Shown: one piece after another, positions 7,303 through 14,576 of the stretch
Layout: the number at the start of each line of letters is the position of its first letter
Position numbering within the stretch: the first letter of the stretch is position 1
From: a virus
Taxonomy: Duplodnaviria > Caudoviricetes
Reading direction: 5' to 3' (one strand)
Length of the DNA stretch: 57,480 bases
Virus record (IMG/VR): IMGVR_UViG_3300046534_000186
Coordinates: 1 to 57,480 of that record
The notes under the pieces: model-generated
The model's database searches: none
Told to the model about the DNA's origin: nothing
Seen by the model: only the letters and a program-made list of their open reading frames with translations
Made by a program: the position numbers and the translations under genes

Positions 7303-7437
7303 ATGAGAACTTGGAAAGTAGTATCGTGGGAAGGAGCAACAAGTTTCTTCTCTTCTTACACAGAATCAGAAGCTAGACAAGATGCAGAAGATTTCTGTAG
7401 AGACTCTGGCGGGGTAAAGGATTGGGATGAGCAGTAG
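7303..7437 (+). CDS. Small hypothetical protein (44 aa), not in track
   Basis: AGGAG RBS; MRTWKVVSWEGATSFFSSYTESEARQDAEDFCRDSGGVKDWDEQ*. Confidence 0.7.
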   Translation: MRTWKVVSWEGATSFFSSYTESEARQDAEDFCRDSGGVKDWDEQ

Positions 7438-7518
7438 CTATTACCGTTCTTACAAAGCTCCAGACCCTAAATGGGACTGGGAAATCTTATTAATAATGGT
7501 TACTTTAATGGTACTTTT

Positions 7519-7535
7519 AGCATTATAGGCAGAAT
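7519..7535 (+). promoter_or_regulatory. Fifth, divergent copy of the 17-bp motif
   Basis: AGCATTATAGGCAGAAT, intergenic, just upstream of the AGGAG RBS of 7550. Confidence 0.4.
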
Positions 7536-7549
7536 ATAAGGAGAAATAA

Positions 7550-8275
7550 ATGAAACTAGGAGAACCTTTATTACCGCCTCCTCCTACACCAAAGGATGAT
7601 GGAGTGTTCGTATCACATGAAGAGTTAGTAAAATATAGTAAGCTTATATCAGGTGAAATGACCTCACCTGCCTATATAGGGGAGTTTATGGACTATAGAG
7701 AGAACTCTGCATCACTAGAAAGTTTAATAGAAGATATTATGTTAAATATGGGGAAGGTACTCCTATATGACAGATGTAGTACTAAGCAAAAAGGAGTGCT
7801 TATAGCTTTTATATTGCACAGAGCCAACAGCATAGTTGGTGGCCGAGTTGCAGACATACACCCTAGTCTAAGTGAGACAAATACCCTAATAATGAAGTTA
7901 GATTTCATGGATGACCTTGAGACCCCTAAAGCACTTGATGGAGATAAACTTGCTTGTGCTAGAGATAAACTTTATAATAATACTCATGGATTTTTCCACG
8001 GTCATCATATACTTTTCGACACCCCTATTAACCCTAAAGAGAATTTTATGAAAATTACAAGACCAATTATGGTAGGATCAGTAAATATCCTAGAAGCGTC
8101 TGACGATACATTAGTTAGCCTTATTAGGAAAGCTAAAAGTCAAATTGAAGCAGACAAGGATATGGCAAGTATATCCTCAAAGTTTAAAGATAAGAAGAAG
8201 GAACTCGACAAGGTAGTACGGCTATGCCTTAAACAGTTAGATGGGGAAGAAGAAAGTCCTTTTCCTGACGTTTAA
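7550..8275 (+). CDS. Hypothetical protein
   Basis: AGGAG RBS, 241 aa; N-terminal polyproline, C-terminal coiled coil. Confidence 0.75.
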   Translation: MKLGEPLLPPPPTPKDDGVFVSHEELVKYSKLISGEMTSPAYIGEFMDYRENSASLESLIEDIMLNMGKVLLYDRCSTKQKGVLIAFILHRANSIVGGRVADIHPSLSETNTLIMKLDFMDDLETPKALDGDKLACARDKLYNNTHGFFHGHHILFDTPINPKENFMKITRPIMVGSVNILEASDDTLVSLIRKAKSQIEADKDMASISSKFKDKKKELDKVVRLCLKQLDGEEESPFPDV

Positions 8276-8282
8276 TAACATT

Positions 8283-8450
8283 GACCTAATAGGTGAAGAC
8301 CTTTATACTATTCGTAGGCAGGATTATATCCGTCAGTCCTACGTGCTAGTCATAGTTGAAGAACTTTAACCTAGTCGTGGCTACACCTGAGATAGACTAT
8401 CCACTAGATTAGATGTGGATAGCCAGACTAAATGTAGATAGCCACGCACC
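8283..8450 (+). ncRNA. Candidate structured intergenic RNA
   Basis: CGTAGG 8313-18/CCTACG 8338-43; CGTGGCTA 8376-83/TAGCCACG 8439-46 enclosing CTATCCAC/GTGGATAG. Confidence 0.4.
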
Positions 8451-8478
8451 CAATTATTAACAATGGAGGAGAGATCCT

Positions 8479-8610
8479 ATGAAGTCAAAGAAAGAAAAAC
8501 AAGAAGAAGCGCAAATTCGTGCTGCAAAGTATGACTTTGCCAGATCCAAAGCTAAACGTACTGGATCAGCAACTGAGTCCGAGTGGAATAAAGCTAGGAG
8601 TACTAAATAA
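8479..8610 (+). CDS. Small basic protein (43 aa), not in track
   Basis: GGAGG RBS; MKSKKEKQEE...ARSTK*; TAATG coupling to the next gene. Confidence 0.7.
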   Translation: MKSKKEKQEEAQIRAAKYDFARSKAKRTGSATESEWNKARSTK

Positions 8611-8903
8611 TGAATGGTAAAAAAGCAAAATTACTTAGAAGACTGGCTGGTGTAACTAGCAAAACACAAAAGTCCCGTAGTTACTCAGGAGTTGAAAGAA
8701 CAGCAAGGGTAAGAACCCACAAAGAGGTGAACCTTACTACAGGTAAGGAAGAGGTAGTATCAAAGATAACCACTCACACTTACCAGCTAAATCCCTCTAC
8801 TCGTAAGTTGTACAAAGCTATGAAGAAATCAGCCACTAAGAGGTTTGGTGGAATGGTCGCAGGAGCTTTTTATAAGAACAACGCAGTACAATACGACCTA
8901 TAG
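8610..8903 (+). CDS. Basic hypothetical protein
   Basis: 97 aa, K/R-rich, MNGKKAKLLR N-terminus. Confidence 0.75.
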   Translation: MNGKKAKLLRRLAGVTSKTQKSRSYSGVERTARVRTHKEVNLTTGKEEVVSKITTHTYQLNPSTRKLYKAMKKSATKRFGGMVAGAFYKNNAVQYDL

Positions 8904-9120
8904 GTGCTAGAAGCATCTGGCGTAAAGCCCGTCACTGTTAAGACGTAAACAAGCGTATAGTAGTGAGTCTACTAGACTGATGGAATAAGACATCTCGCAG
9001 GCAGAAATCAGCAACCTGCCGTGAATAAAGCTGTATATGGCGGTAAACCACCTTGCTTTGGAGTTAGTTGCCAAGCTTAAGCACTGAAAACTTGACTGCT
9101 AGGAATAGACTAGCAACCCC
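8904..9120 (+). ncRNA. Candidate structured leader RNA with two copies of a recurring hairpin motif
   Basis: String of hairpins; GACT-GATG-GAATAAGA-CATC at 8975-8994 and GACT-GCTAG-GAATAGA-CTAGC at 9094-9114. Confidence 0.5.
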
Positions 9121-9146
9121 TTAACCATTACTTAAAGAGAAACTAT

Positions 9147-9464
9147 ATGACAATTGAAATCACAACCCTACCATCAGGCACATCTATTATTGAAGTTGAT
9201 GGTGAAGTAAAAACATTTGCAAATGAAGCACTCGCCAAAGCTGCAATCGCTGTTATCGAAAATGGTGCAGAGTACTTGCGTCTTGGTGAAGCTTATGCAG
9301 CTAGCAAAGGTCTCACTGGCAAGAACGCCAAAGGTAAAGTAAACGTAGTTTCTGACTACCTTGCTTGGGTAGACGCTGGTATGCCAGAAGCTGCTCCTGA
9401 AGATGAAGGTACTGAAGATACTGAAGATGATGCAGGTACGCCAGACTCTGCTACACAATTCTAG
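9147..9464 (+). CDS. Hypothetical protein with acidic C-terminal tail
   Basis: 105 aa; tail EDEGTEDTEDDAGTPDSATQF. Confidence 0.8.
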   Translation: MTIEITTLPSGTSIIEVDGEVKTFANEALAKAAIAVIENGAEYLRLGEAYAASKGLTGKNAKGKVNVVSDYLAWVDAGMPEAAPEDEGTEDTEDDAGTPDSATQF

Positions 9465-9513
9465 AAAACGTTCGCCGGTGCAATATAGTCAGTTAATGCT
9501 GTCTATATGACTT

Positions 9514-9542
9514 ACAGGGCTGGTTAACATCAGCCCTGTTTT
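9514..9542 (+). terminator. Rho-independent terminator
   Basis: ACAGGGCTG...CAGCCCTGT followed by TTT. Confidence 0.65.
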
Positions 9543-9544
9543 AG

Positions 9545-9680
9545 TTTACTTAGCCCAACTTTAAAGGAAGGCCAGGTTTGTGAGGTACTAAGACCTATTT
9601 ATAGGGTATGATGTACCTATACTTAAAGTATGTGCTTGCCTTAGCATTGTCTAACCTGCTTTAGGGTTGGACTAAGTAAA
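9545..9680 (+). ncRNA. Candidate multibranch RNA closed by a ~22-bp stem
   Basis: 9545-9566 pairs with 9659-9680 (one mismatch, two G-U); inner CAGGTT/AACCTG plus three small hairpins. Confidence 0.5.
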
Positions 9681-9685
9681 TTGAT

Positions 9686-9724
9686 GAAAGCCCTAACCAA
9701 TTCTGGTTAGGGCTTTCTTGTTTA
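9686..9724 (+). terminator. Rho-independent terminator
   Basis: 14-bp stem GAAAGCCCTAACCA/TGGTTAGGGCTTTC followed by TTGTTT. Confidence 0.75.
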
Positions 9725-9758
9725 TCTTTATTAAAAATTGTTAGCTCTGGAGGATAAT

Positions 9759-10868
9759 ATGTTATTGCAGAGAAAAGATTTAAAAGGAAGTCTTCTATTA
9801 AGACCAATAGAGCTGCCTGAGTACCTAGAGCATATACTAAAAAAGCTACCAAGTGTCCCTGAAGGTATTATTGGAGTTGATTTAGAGTCTGGGTTAGTGC
9901 AAGTAAAACTAGACGAAGACAAAGTTACTTCAATGAAGTTTGGAAGATTCTTGCTAAAAACAAATAATACTGATGCAGACGTTAGAGAATGCTCTTCACT
10001 GCTTACGTCTGCCTTAGAGCAAATTAAAGGAACTGTGTTGAAGTTGACAGAGAGTGAAGGGCAATCTGAAAAGGTATACGAGGATGGGCCTACCTCTTGT
10101 ATGGCTGGTATGGAATGTACCAGAGTATATCACTCAGAAGATGTAGCAGTTGCCTATGCGGAAATTAATAACCGTATAGTTGCAAGGTCAGTAGTATGCA
10201 AAAATAGTTCTTTGGGTCTTAGGTATGTAAGAATATATGGTAATAAGGACTTACTACTCCCCCTACTCATAAAGAATGGGTATGAGTTAGGAGACTTAGA
10301 ATCATGCAAGTTACCTAGAATAGAAGATAGCGATGGCAGAATAATGATGCCATTTTTAGATTGTGGGTCACGTGTAAATGACTTAGGCACATACTTAGAG
10401 ATCTCCCAGTATGGAGAGTTTTCAACAGACTCAACTTCTGGATTTTTAGGTTCTTGGTGTGCAGGGTGCGGTGAACAAGTTTCCCACACAGAGGAATTGT
10501 ATTTTTCCGATCATGAAGAGCTTAACTTGTGTAGTACCTGCTTTGAGGATAACCACATTTATGTTGATGGTGAGTACTATCACAGAGATAGTGGTAATAT
10601 AGTAGCTACTTATGATGGGGATTGGATATTGTCTGAGGAAGCATCATACTCTACTCATGATGGGGAGACTTACCACTCAGATGATGTAGTATTTTGCGAA
10701 ATTTTAGATAGTTTCATACTAGAGTCTAAGTCAGTAATAGCAGTAACAGACATAGGGTTTACTGATGGTGAGGTATGCCTTAGGGAAGATTGTGAAGTTG
10801 TAAATAACATATGGGTTCACAGCGAGCTAGCAATTGAACTAAATAAACAAATGGAGATGGAAGTATGA
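9759..10868 (+). CDS. Hypothetical protein with Cys-rich, acidic, probably Zn-binding C-terminal half
   Basis: GGAGG RBS before ATG 9759; GPTSCM motif; CxxC pairs (CAGC, CSTC). Confidence 0.75.
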   Translation: MLLQRKDLKGSLLLRPIELPEYLEHILKKLPSVPEGIIGVDLESGLVQVKLDEDKVTSMKFGRFLLKTNNTDADVRECSSLLTSALEQIKGTVLKLTESEGQSEKVYEDGPTSCMAGMECTRVYHSEDVAVAYAEINNRIVARSVVCKNSSLGLRYVRIYGNKDLLLPLLIKNGYELGDLESCKLPRIEDSDGRIMMPFLDCGSRVNDLGTYLEISQYGEFSTDSTSGFLGSWCAGCGEQVSHTEELYFSDHEELNLCSTCFEDNHIYVDGEYYHRDSGNIVATYDGDWILSEEASYSTHDGETYHSDDVVFCEILDSFILESKSVIAVTDIGFTDGEVCLREDCEVVNNIWVHSELAIELNKQMEMEV

Positions 10869-11260
10869 TTGATTTTGATTTTGGGTTCTTTAAAGCCCTA
10901 ATAAGCCCTATAACAGATTTTGTAAAAGGCAGGCAAGCTATTAAAAAAGCTGAAGTAGTGGCTAAAATTGAACAAATAGAAAGAGGTGAAGCATCAAACA
11001 TAACAATGGATCAAGGTGCAAGGCAGGCTGCTGGTTGGATGGACGATATATCCTTTTATGCGTTCTTATCACCTGCTTTTATGTGCTTTTATCCTCCAGC
11101 CTTGCCTCATATAAAAGCAGGCTTTGTGGCTTTGGCTACGATGCCTCTATGGTGGCAGTATGCTCTGGGGATGATGCTAATAAGCGTTTGGGGGTACAGG
11201 AAGATAATAGAACCAGTAATAGTATCCATAGCGAAAGTTTGGATAAACAAGTTAACTTAA
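10865..11260 (+). CDS. Putative holin (membrane protein next to endolysin)
   Basis: Hydrophobic segments, SxWGxR near the C-terminus, directly upstream of the lysozyme. Confidence 0.6.
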   Translation: MIDFDFGFFKALISPITDFVKGRQAIKKAEVVAKIEQIERGEASNITMDQGARQAAGWMDDISFYAFLSPAFMCFYPPALPHIKAGFVALATMPLWWQYALGMMLISVWGYRKIIEPVIVSIAKVWINKLT

Positions 11261-11283
11261 CAAAACATTTGGAAGTATTAACT

Positions 11284-11772
11284 ATGGACGTATATAAAAT
11301 TTTAGAATTTGAAGAAGGCTTGTCATTAGAGCCTTATCTGTGCTCACTAGGGTTTGTCACAATAGGGCTAGGAACTAAGCTACATAAATCAAAAGGATTA
11401 GACCCTAATGATTTTCCTATTAGAGTCTCTAGAGATATGGCTGTAGAGTGGTTGCACTCTGAGGTAGCTATTAAAGATAGAAGGCTAACCCAGAAATTCG
11501 GTAGTCTATACACAGGGCTTAGTAAGGATAGGAAAGCTATTATTATATCTATGGCCTATCAACTTGGGACTAACGGTGTTGGCTTATTTAAGAATATGTG
11601 GAGAAACCTAGCAGATGGTCACTACAACCTTGCTGCCCTGGAAATGCTAGACAGTGTATGGGCTAAACAAACCCCAGAAAGAGCTGACAGGCACCAAAGA
11701 GTTATGACTGGATCATCATTAGAATCTGTGTATAATGATTGGCTAGATAATATTTGGCTAAAAGATGACTGA
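11284..11772 (+). CDS. Endolysin, T4-lysozyme-like (GH24); start revised from 11035
   Basis: EEG-x5-Y-x-C-x5-TIGxG catalytic region; MAYQLG; MLDSxWAKQTPERA. Confidence 0.9.
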   Translation: MDVYKILEFEEGLSLEPYLCSLGFVTIGLGTKLHKSKGLDPNDFPIRVSRDMAVEWLHSEVAIKDRRLTQKFGSLYTGLSKDRKAIIISMAYQLGTNGVGLFKNMWRNLADGHYNLAALEMLDSVWAKQTPERADRHQRVMTGSSLESVYNDWLDNIWLKDD

Positions 11773-12403
11773 GCTTATAGATGTATGTGTAAGCTACATC
11801 GAAAATAAAAACGCTAATTACTTGGCTAAGGAGGGCCAAGTAGTCTACTACACATCTTTAACAGGGAGGAAGTCTGACCAAGTATGGATAAAGCATAGTA
11901 TGTCAGAGACAATAAGGATTATAAAGTCCACTAAGCTGGCAGCGTTTAAAGATCTAAAAGAATTTCATGTTCTATCTGCATTTCAAGAGCTAGATAGGGT
12001 GTATGAGTTTGCTGCCAAGTCAAGACATGAAGTTTCTGTAGGAGTATTCAATTACTACGAGCATTCAAATAGGGATATGACTACTCAAATAGCAATAGCA
12101 TTAACAGATGCATTTATTATGAGAGGCTTCCCAGCGTTATTAGGTAATGATGTACTAAGACTCTACCATGAAGTATTGAAGAAGCTTGACAGCTATAATA
12201 ACACTTTGGCAGAAAGAGATACACTAATTCATACTTTAGATGTAGCAGGTTATGACTTTCGTTCAAAATCAAAAAGAGTACTAGTTGGAGGCACTAAAGT
12301 TAGCGCCTTTATGACGCTATACTCTACACCATCCCAGATTATGCACATAACAAGTGATATTTCTAAACAGATAGTTCAACAGATATACGGAGAATTAAAA
12401 TGA
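11765..12403 (+). CDS. Hypothetical protein
   Basis: 212 aa ORF coupled to its neighbours. Confidence 0.75.
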   Translation: MTELIDVCVSYIENKNANYLAKEGQVVYYTSLTGRKSDQVWIKHSMSETIRIIKSTKLAAFKDLKEFHVLSAFQELDRVYEFAAKSRHEVSVGVFNYYEHSNRDMTTQIAIALTDAFIMRGFPALLGNDVLRLYHEVLKKLDSYNNTLAERDTLIHTLDVAGYDFRSKSKRVLVGGTKVSAFMTLYSTPSQIMHITSDISKQIVQQIYGELK

Positions 12404-13065
12404 GTACTAGGAAATCTCTACCAAAATTACACATGGCATTGGCAAACCACTATGGACATAAACTAGCAGAAAGTATGATACTATCAACAGGGCTGGATTA
12501 TATTAAAGACGATGTTGATGTAGCTTCTGCTTTCAGATTTAGAGCTACAGACCAGGGAAGTGATTTCTGGTATAAGATAAGATATGAGTTAATGAATGTA
12601 CCAGTTGCAGAATATTGGGAAAGAGTCTGCCCAAAGCTATTTAATTCTATGTCTAATCACTTTGGAAAAGATAGAACTGTAGAGTTATTAGGAGGGTTAG
12701 TACCTTTTAATGATGAAGGTGATAGAGTATCAAATGATAAAAAGTACCCTATAAGTTGTTTTAACTTTGTGAGATCAGTACAAGGAAGTGAATTTTGGAT
12801 GGATATAAACAAGGAGATGTTTGATGCTTCTAGCGACCTTATTAGATCAAAATTTCCTATGCTACTTAATACTTTAAGAATAGTGTACGGTGAAAGGCTT
12901 GCCTTGACTATGATCGATGATATAGGAGATGAAGTTTTTATGGAAGACTACCCAACACCAAGTGGAAGTTTTGTTTGGGAGTCCTCATCGCAAGGTGTTA
13001 GTTATTGGGATCAGGTACAAGAAGAAATTGAATCTAGATATCCAGAAGTCTTAATAGAAAGCTAA
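12400..13065 (+). CDS. Hypothetical protein made of three ~70-aa repeats
   Basis: Three times PxL...(H/V)(Y/F)G...F-x-(F/W)-x4-QG-x2-(F/Y)W. Confidence 0.8.
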   Translation: MSTRKSLPKLHMALANHYGHKLAESMILSTGLDYIKDDVDVASAFRFRATDQGSDFWYKIRYELMNVPVAEYWERVCPKLFNSMSNHFGKDRTVELLGGLVPFNDEGDRVSNDKKYPISCFNFVRSVQGSEFWMDINKEMFDASSDLIRSKFPMLLNTLRIVYGERLALTMIDDIGDEVFMEDYPTPSGSFVWESSSQGVSYWDQVQEEIESRYPEVLIES

Positions 13066-13889
13066 TGGCTACTTGCATCGAGAAGCTACCCTGCCTCGAC
13101 TGTAATAGTATACAATCAATACAAACTTACCTAAACATTGATGATGCCCTTGGCATAGAATGGTATACATCATTTTGCCACGGAGCATGTTGGGAGAACA
13201 AGGGAGACCCTTACTCAGGATCTCCCCCGAAAGTAACAGTAAAGACTGAAGCAGATATTAAGGCTGAAGTTGAAATTGTTAGGTCATGCAGACTGTTTAA
13301 AACTAGTAAACCATACCGAGGCATCCCTACTGAACTTTATCAGCGATGGGGTGTAAGGTTGCTTCTTAGTGAGTTTGATGGCAAGACTCCTTACTCTATA
13401 GGTTTTCCTATGGAAGATTATGGTGAGTTGGTAGGCTGGAAATGTAGACCACTGCTTAAGAAAGACTTTTATGGAGTAGGTAGGTCTGCAAATGTTGACC
13501 CTTATGGATTAGCCAGAGCGCTAAATATAAGTAAGGAAGTAATATGGGTCACTGAAGGCGAGTTTGATGCTATTGCGTTAGAGTATGCTATGATGATGGC
13601 TGGGAAAAGTAAAAGATATCCTGTAATCTCCTTAACACATGGAGGAGGTAGCATAGATAAGAATTTTAAGTATATCGAGGACAGGCTAGCACATCACAAA
13701 TGGATTGTGCTAGTACTCGATGATGATATTGTAGGTAAGAAAGCAGAAAAGACAGCCATAAGTATGTGGCCTGATAGAGTTGTGGTAGTGTCAAAGCCCA
13801 AAGGCTCAAAAGATGCTAACGATGCTGTTAAGTCTGGCTTAGCTACAGAAATGGGCAAACTTGCCCTCAACTTTAAGAGTAGTATATGA
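13065..13889 (+). CDS. DNA primase (T7 gp4-type Zn finger + TOPRIM, no helicase domain)
   Basis: CLDC...CHGAC Zn finger, RGI, TEGEFDA, LDDDxxG, KDAND. Confidence 0.88.
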   Translation: MATCIEKLPCLDCNSIQSIQTYLNIDDALGIEWYTSFCHGACWENKGDPYSGSPPKVTVKTEADIKAEVEIVRSCRLFKTSKPYRGIPTELYQRWGVRLLLSEFDGKTPYSIGFPMEDYGELVGWKCRPLLKKDFYGVGRSANVDPYGLARALNISKEVIWVTEGEFDAIALEYAMMMAGKSKRYPVISLTHGGGSIDKNFKYIEDRLAHHKWIVLVLDDDIVGKKAEKTAISMWPDRVVVVSKPKGSKDANDAVKSGLATEMGKLALNFKSSI

Positions 13890-14068
13890 ATGATAAAGTA
13901 AAACGACCACAAGAAATTCCAGATGAAGTAGAAGTGCTAGATGAAGACTTCGATGATGATACATCTAGAATACTACACCTAGAACCCAAAGTAGTCCACA
14001 CAGGAAGCTGTGAAGAACTAAACATGTTGGGCCTATATTCTCCAAACAACGAGGATTTCAAACAATAA
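13886..14068 (+). CDS. Hypothetical acidic protein
   Basis: ATGA overlap with primase. Confidence 0.55.
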   Translation: MNDKVKRPQEIPDEVEVLDEDFDDDTSRILHLEPKVVHTGSCEELNMLGLYSPNNEDFKQ

Positions 14069-14080
14069 TAAGGAGGTTAC

Positions 14081-14278
14081 ATGAAAGTATATGAACTAGT
14101 ATTAAGAGGCTTTAATGGTAGTACCGACCTGACAGACCACCTAATTAAGTGGGTAGCCTCCCCAAATAAAAAATCTGTTATAAACTATGCTCAGTCTCAG
14201 TCTTGGGATTACACTAGCATAGTGCTAACAGAACTAAGCCACCTAGATGTTGGCGTAGACTATATAGTGGAATATTAA
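14081..14278 (+). CDS. Hypothetical protein (likely paralog of the next gene)
   Basis: AGGAGG RBS; KVYELVLRGF...IKWVAS. Confidence 0.75.
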   Translation: MKVYELVLRGFNGSTDLTDHLIKWVASPNKKSVINYAQSQSWDYTSIVLTELSHLDVGVDYIVEY

Positions 14279-14297
14279 ATGTCCAACAGGAGGCTAC

Positions 14298-14576
14298 ATG
14301 CTTAAAAGCAAAATGGTTAAAGTTTACAAAGTAATTTTGCAAGGCTACACAAAAGATTTACCTGAGGATGAAGAGTTTGTTAAGTATGTAGCCGCAAGTT
14401 GCAGTAGTACAGCACTTAAGAAAGGGTTAAGATATGGGTGGGTAGTACTACATGTAAGATACTCCCACGAAGTAAGTCTTAAATACGCAATAGGCATGTT
14501 AAAACTCACCAGTACAAAAAGACTTCTTAAAAGAGATGAAGATTTAAAACTAAAGAGGAGTACTCTAGATGAGTAA
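14298..14576 (+). CDS. Hypothetical protein (likely paralog of the previous gene)
   Basis: AGGAGG RBS; KVYKVILQGY...VKYVAA. Confidence 0.7.
   Translation: MLKSKMVKVYKVILQGYTKDLPEDEEFVKYVAASCSSTALKKGLRYGWVVLHVRYSHEVSLKYAIGMLKLTSTKRLLKRDEDLKLKRSTLDE

Noticed and set aside
11035-11283. N-terminal signal/SAR-like extension of the endolysin
   Set aside because: It overlaps the holin in another frame; the lysozyme domain starts at ATG 11284
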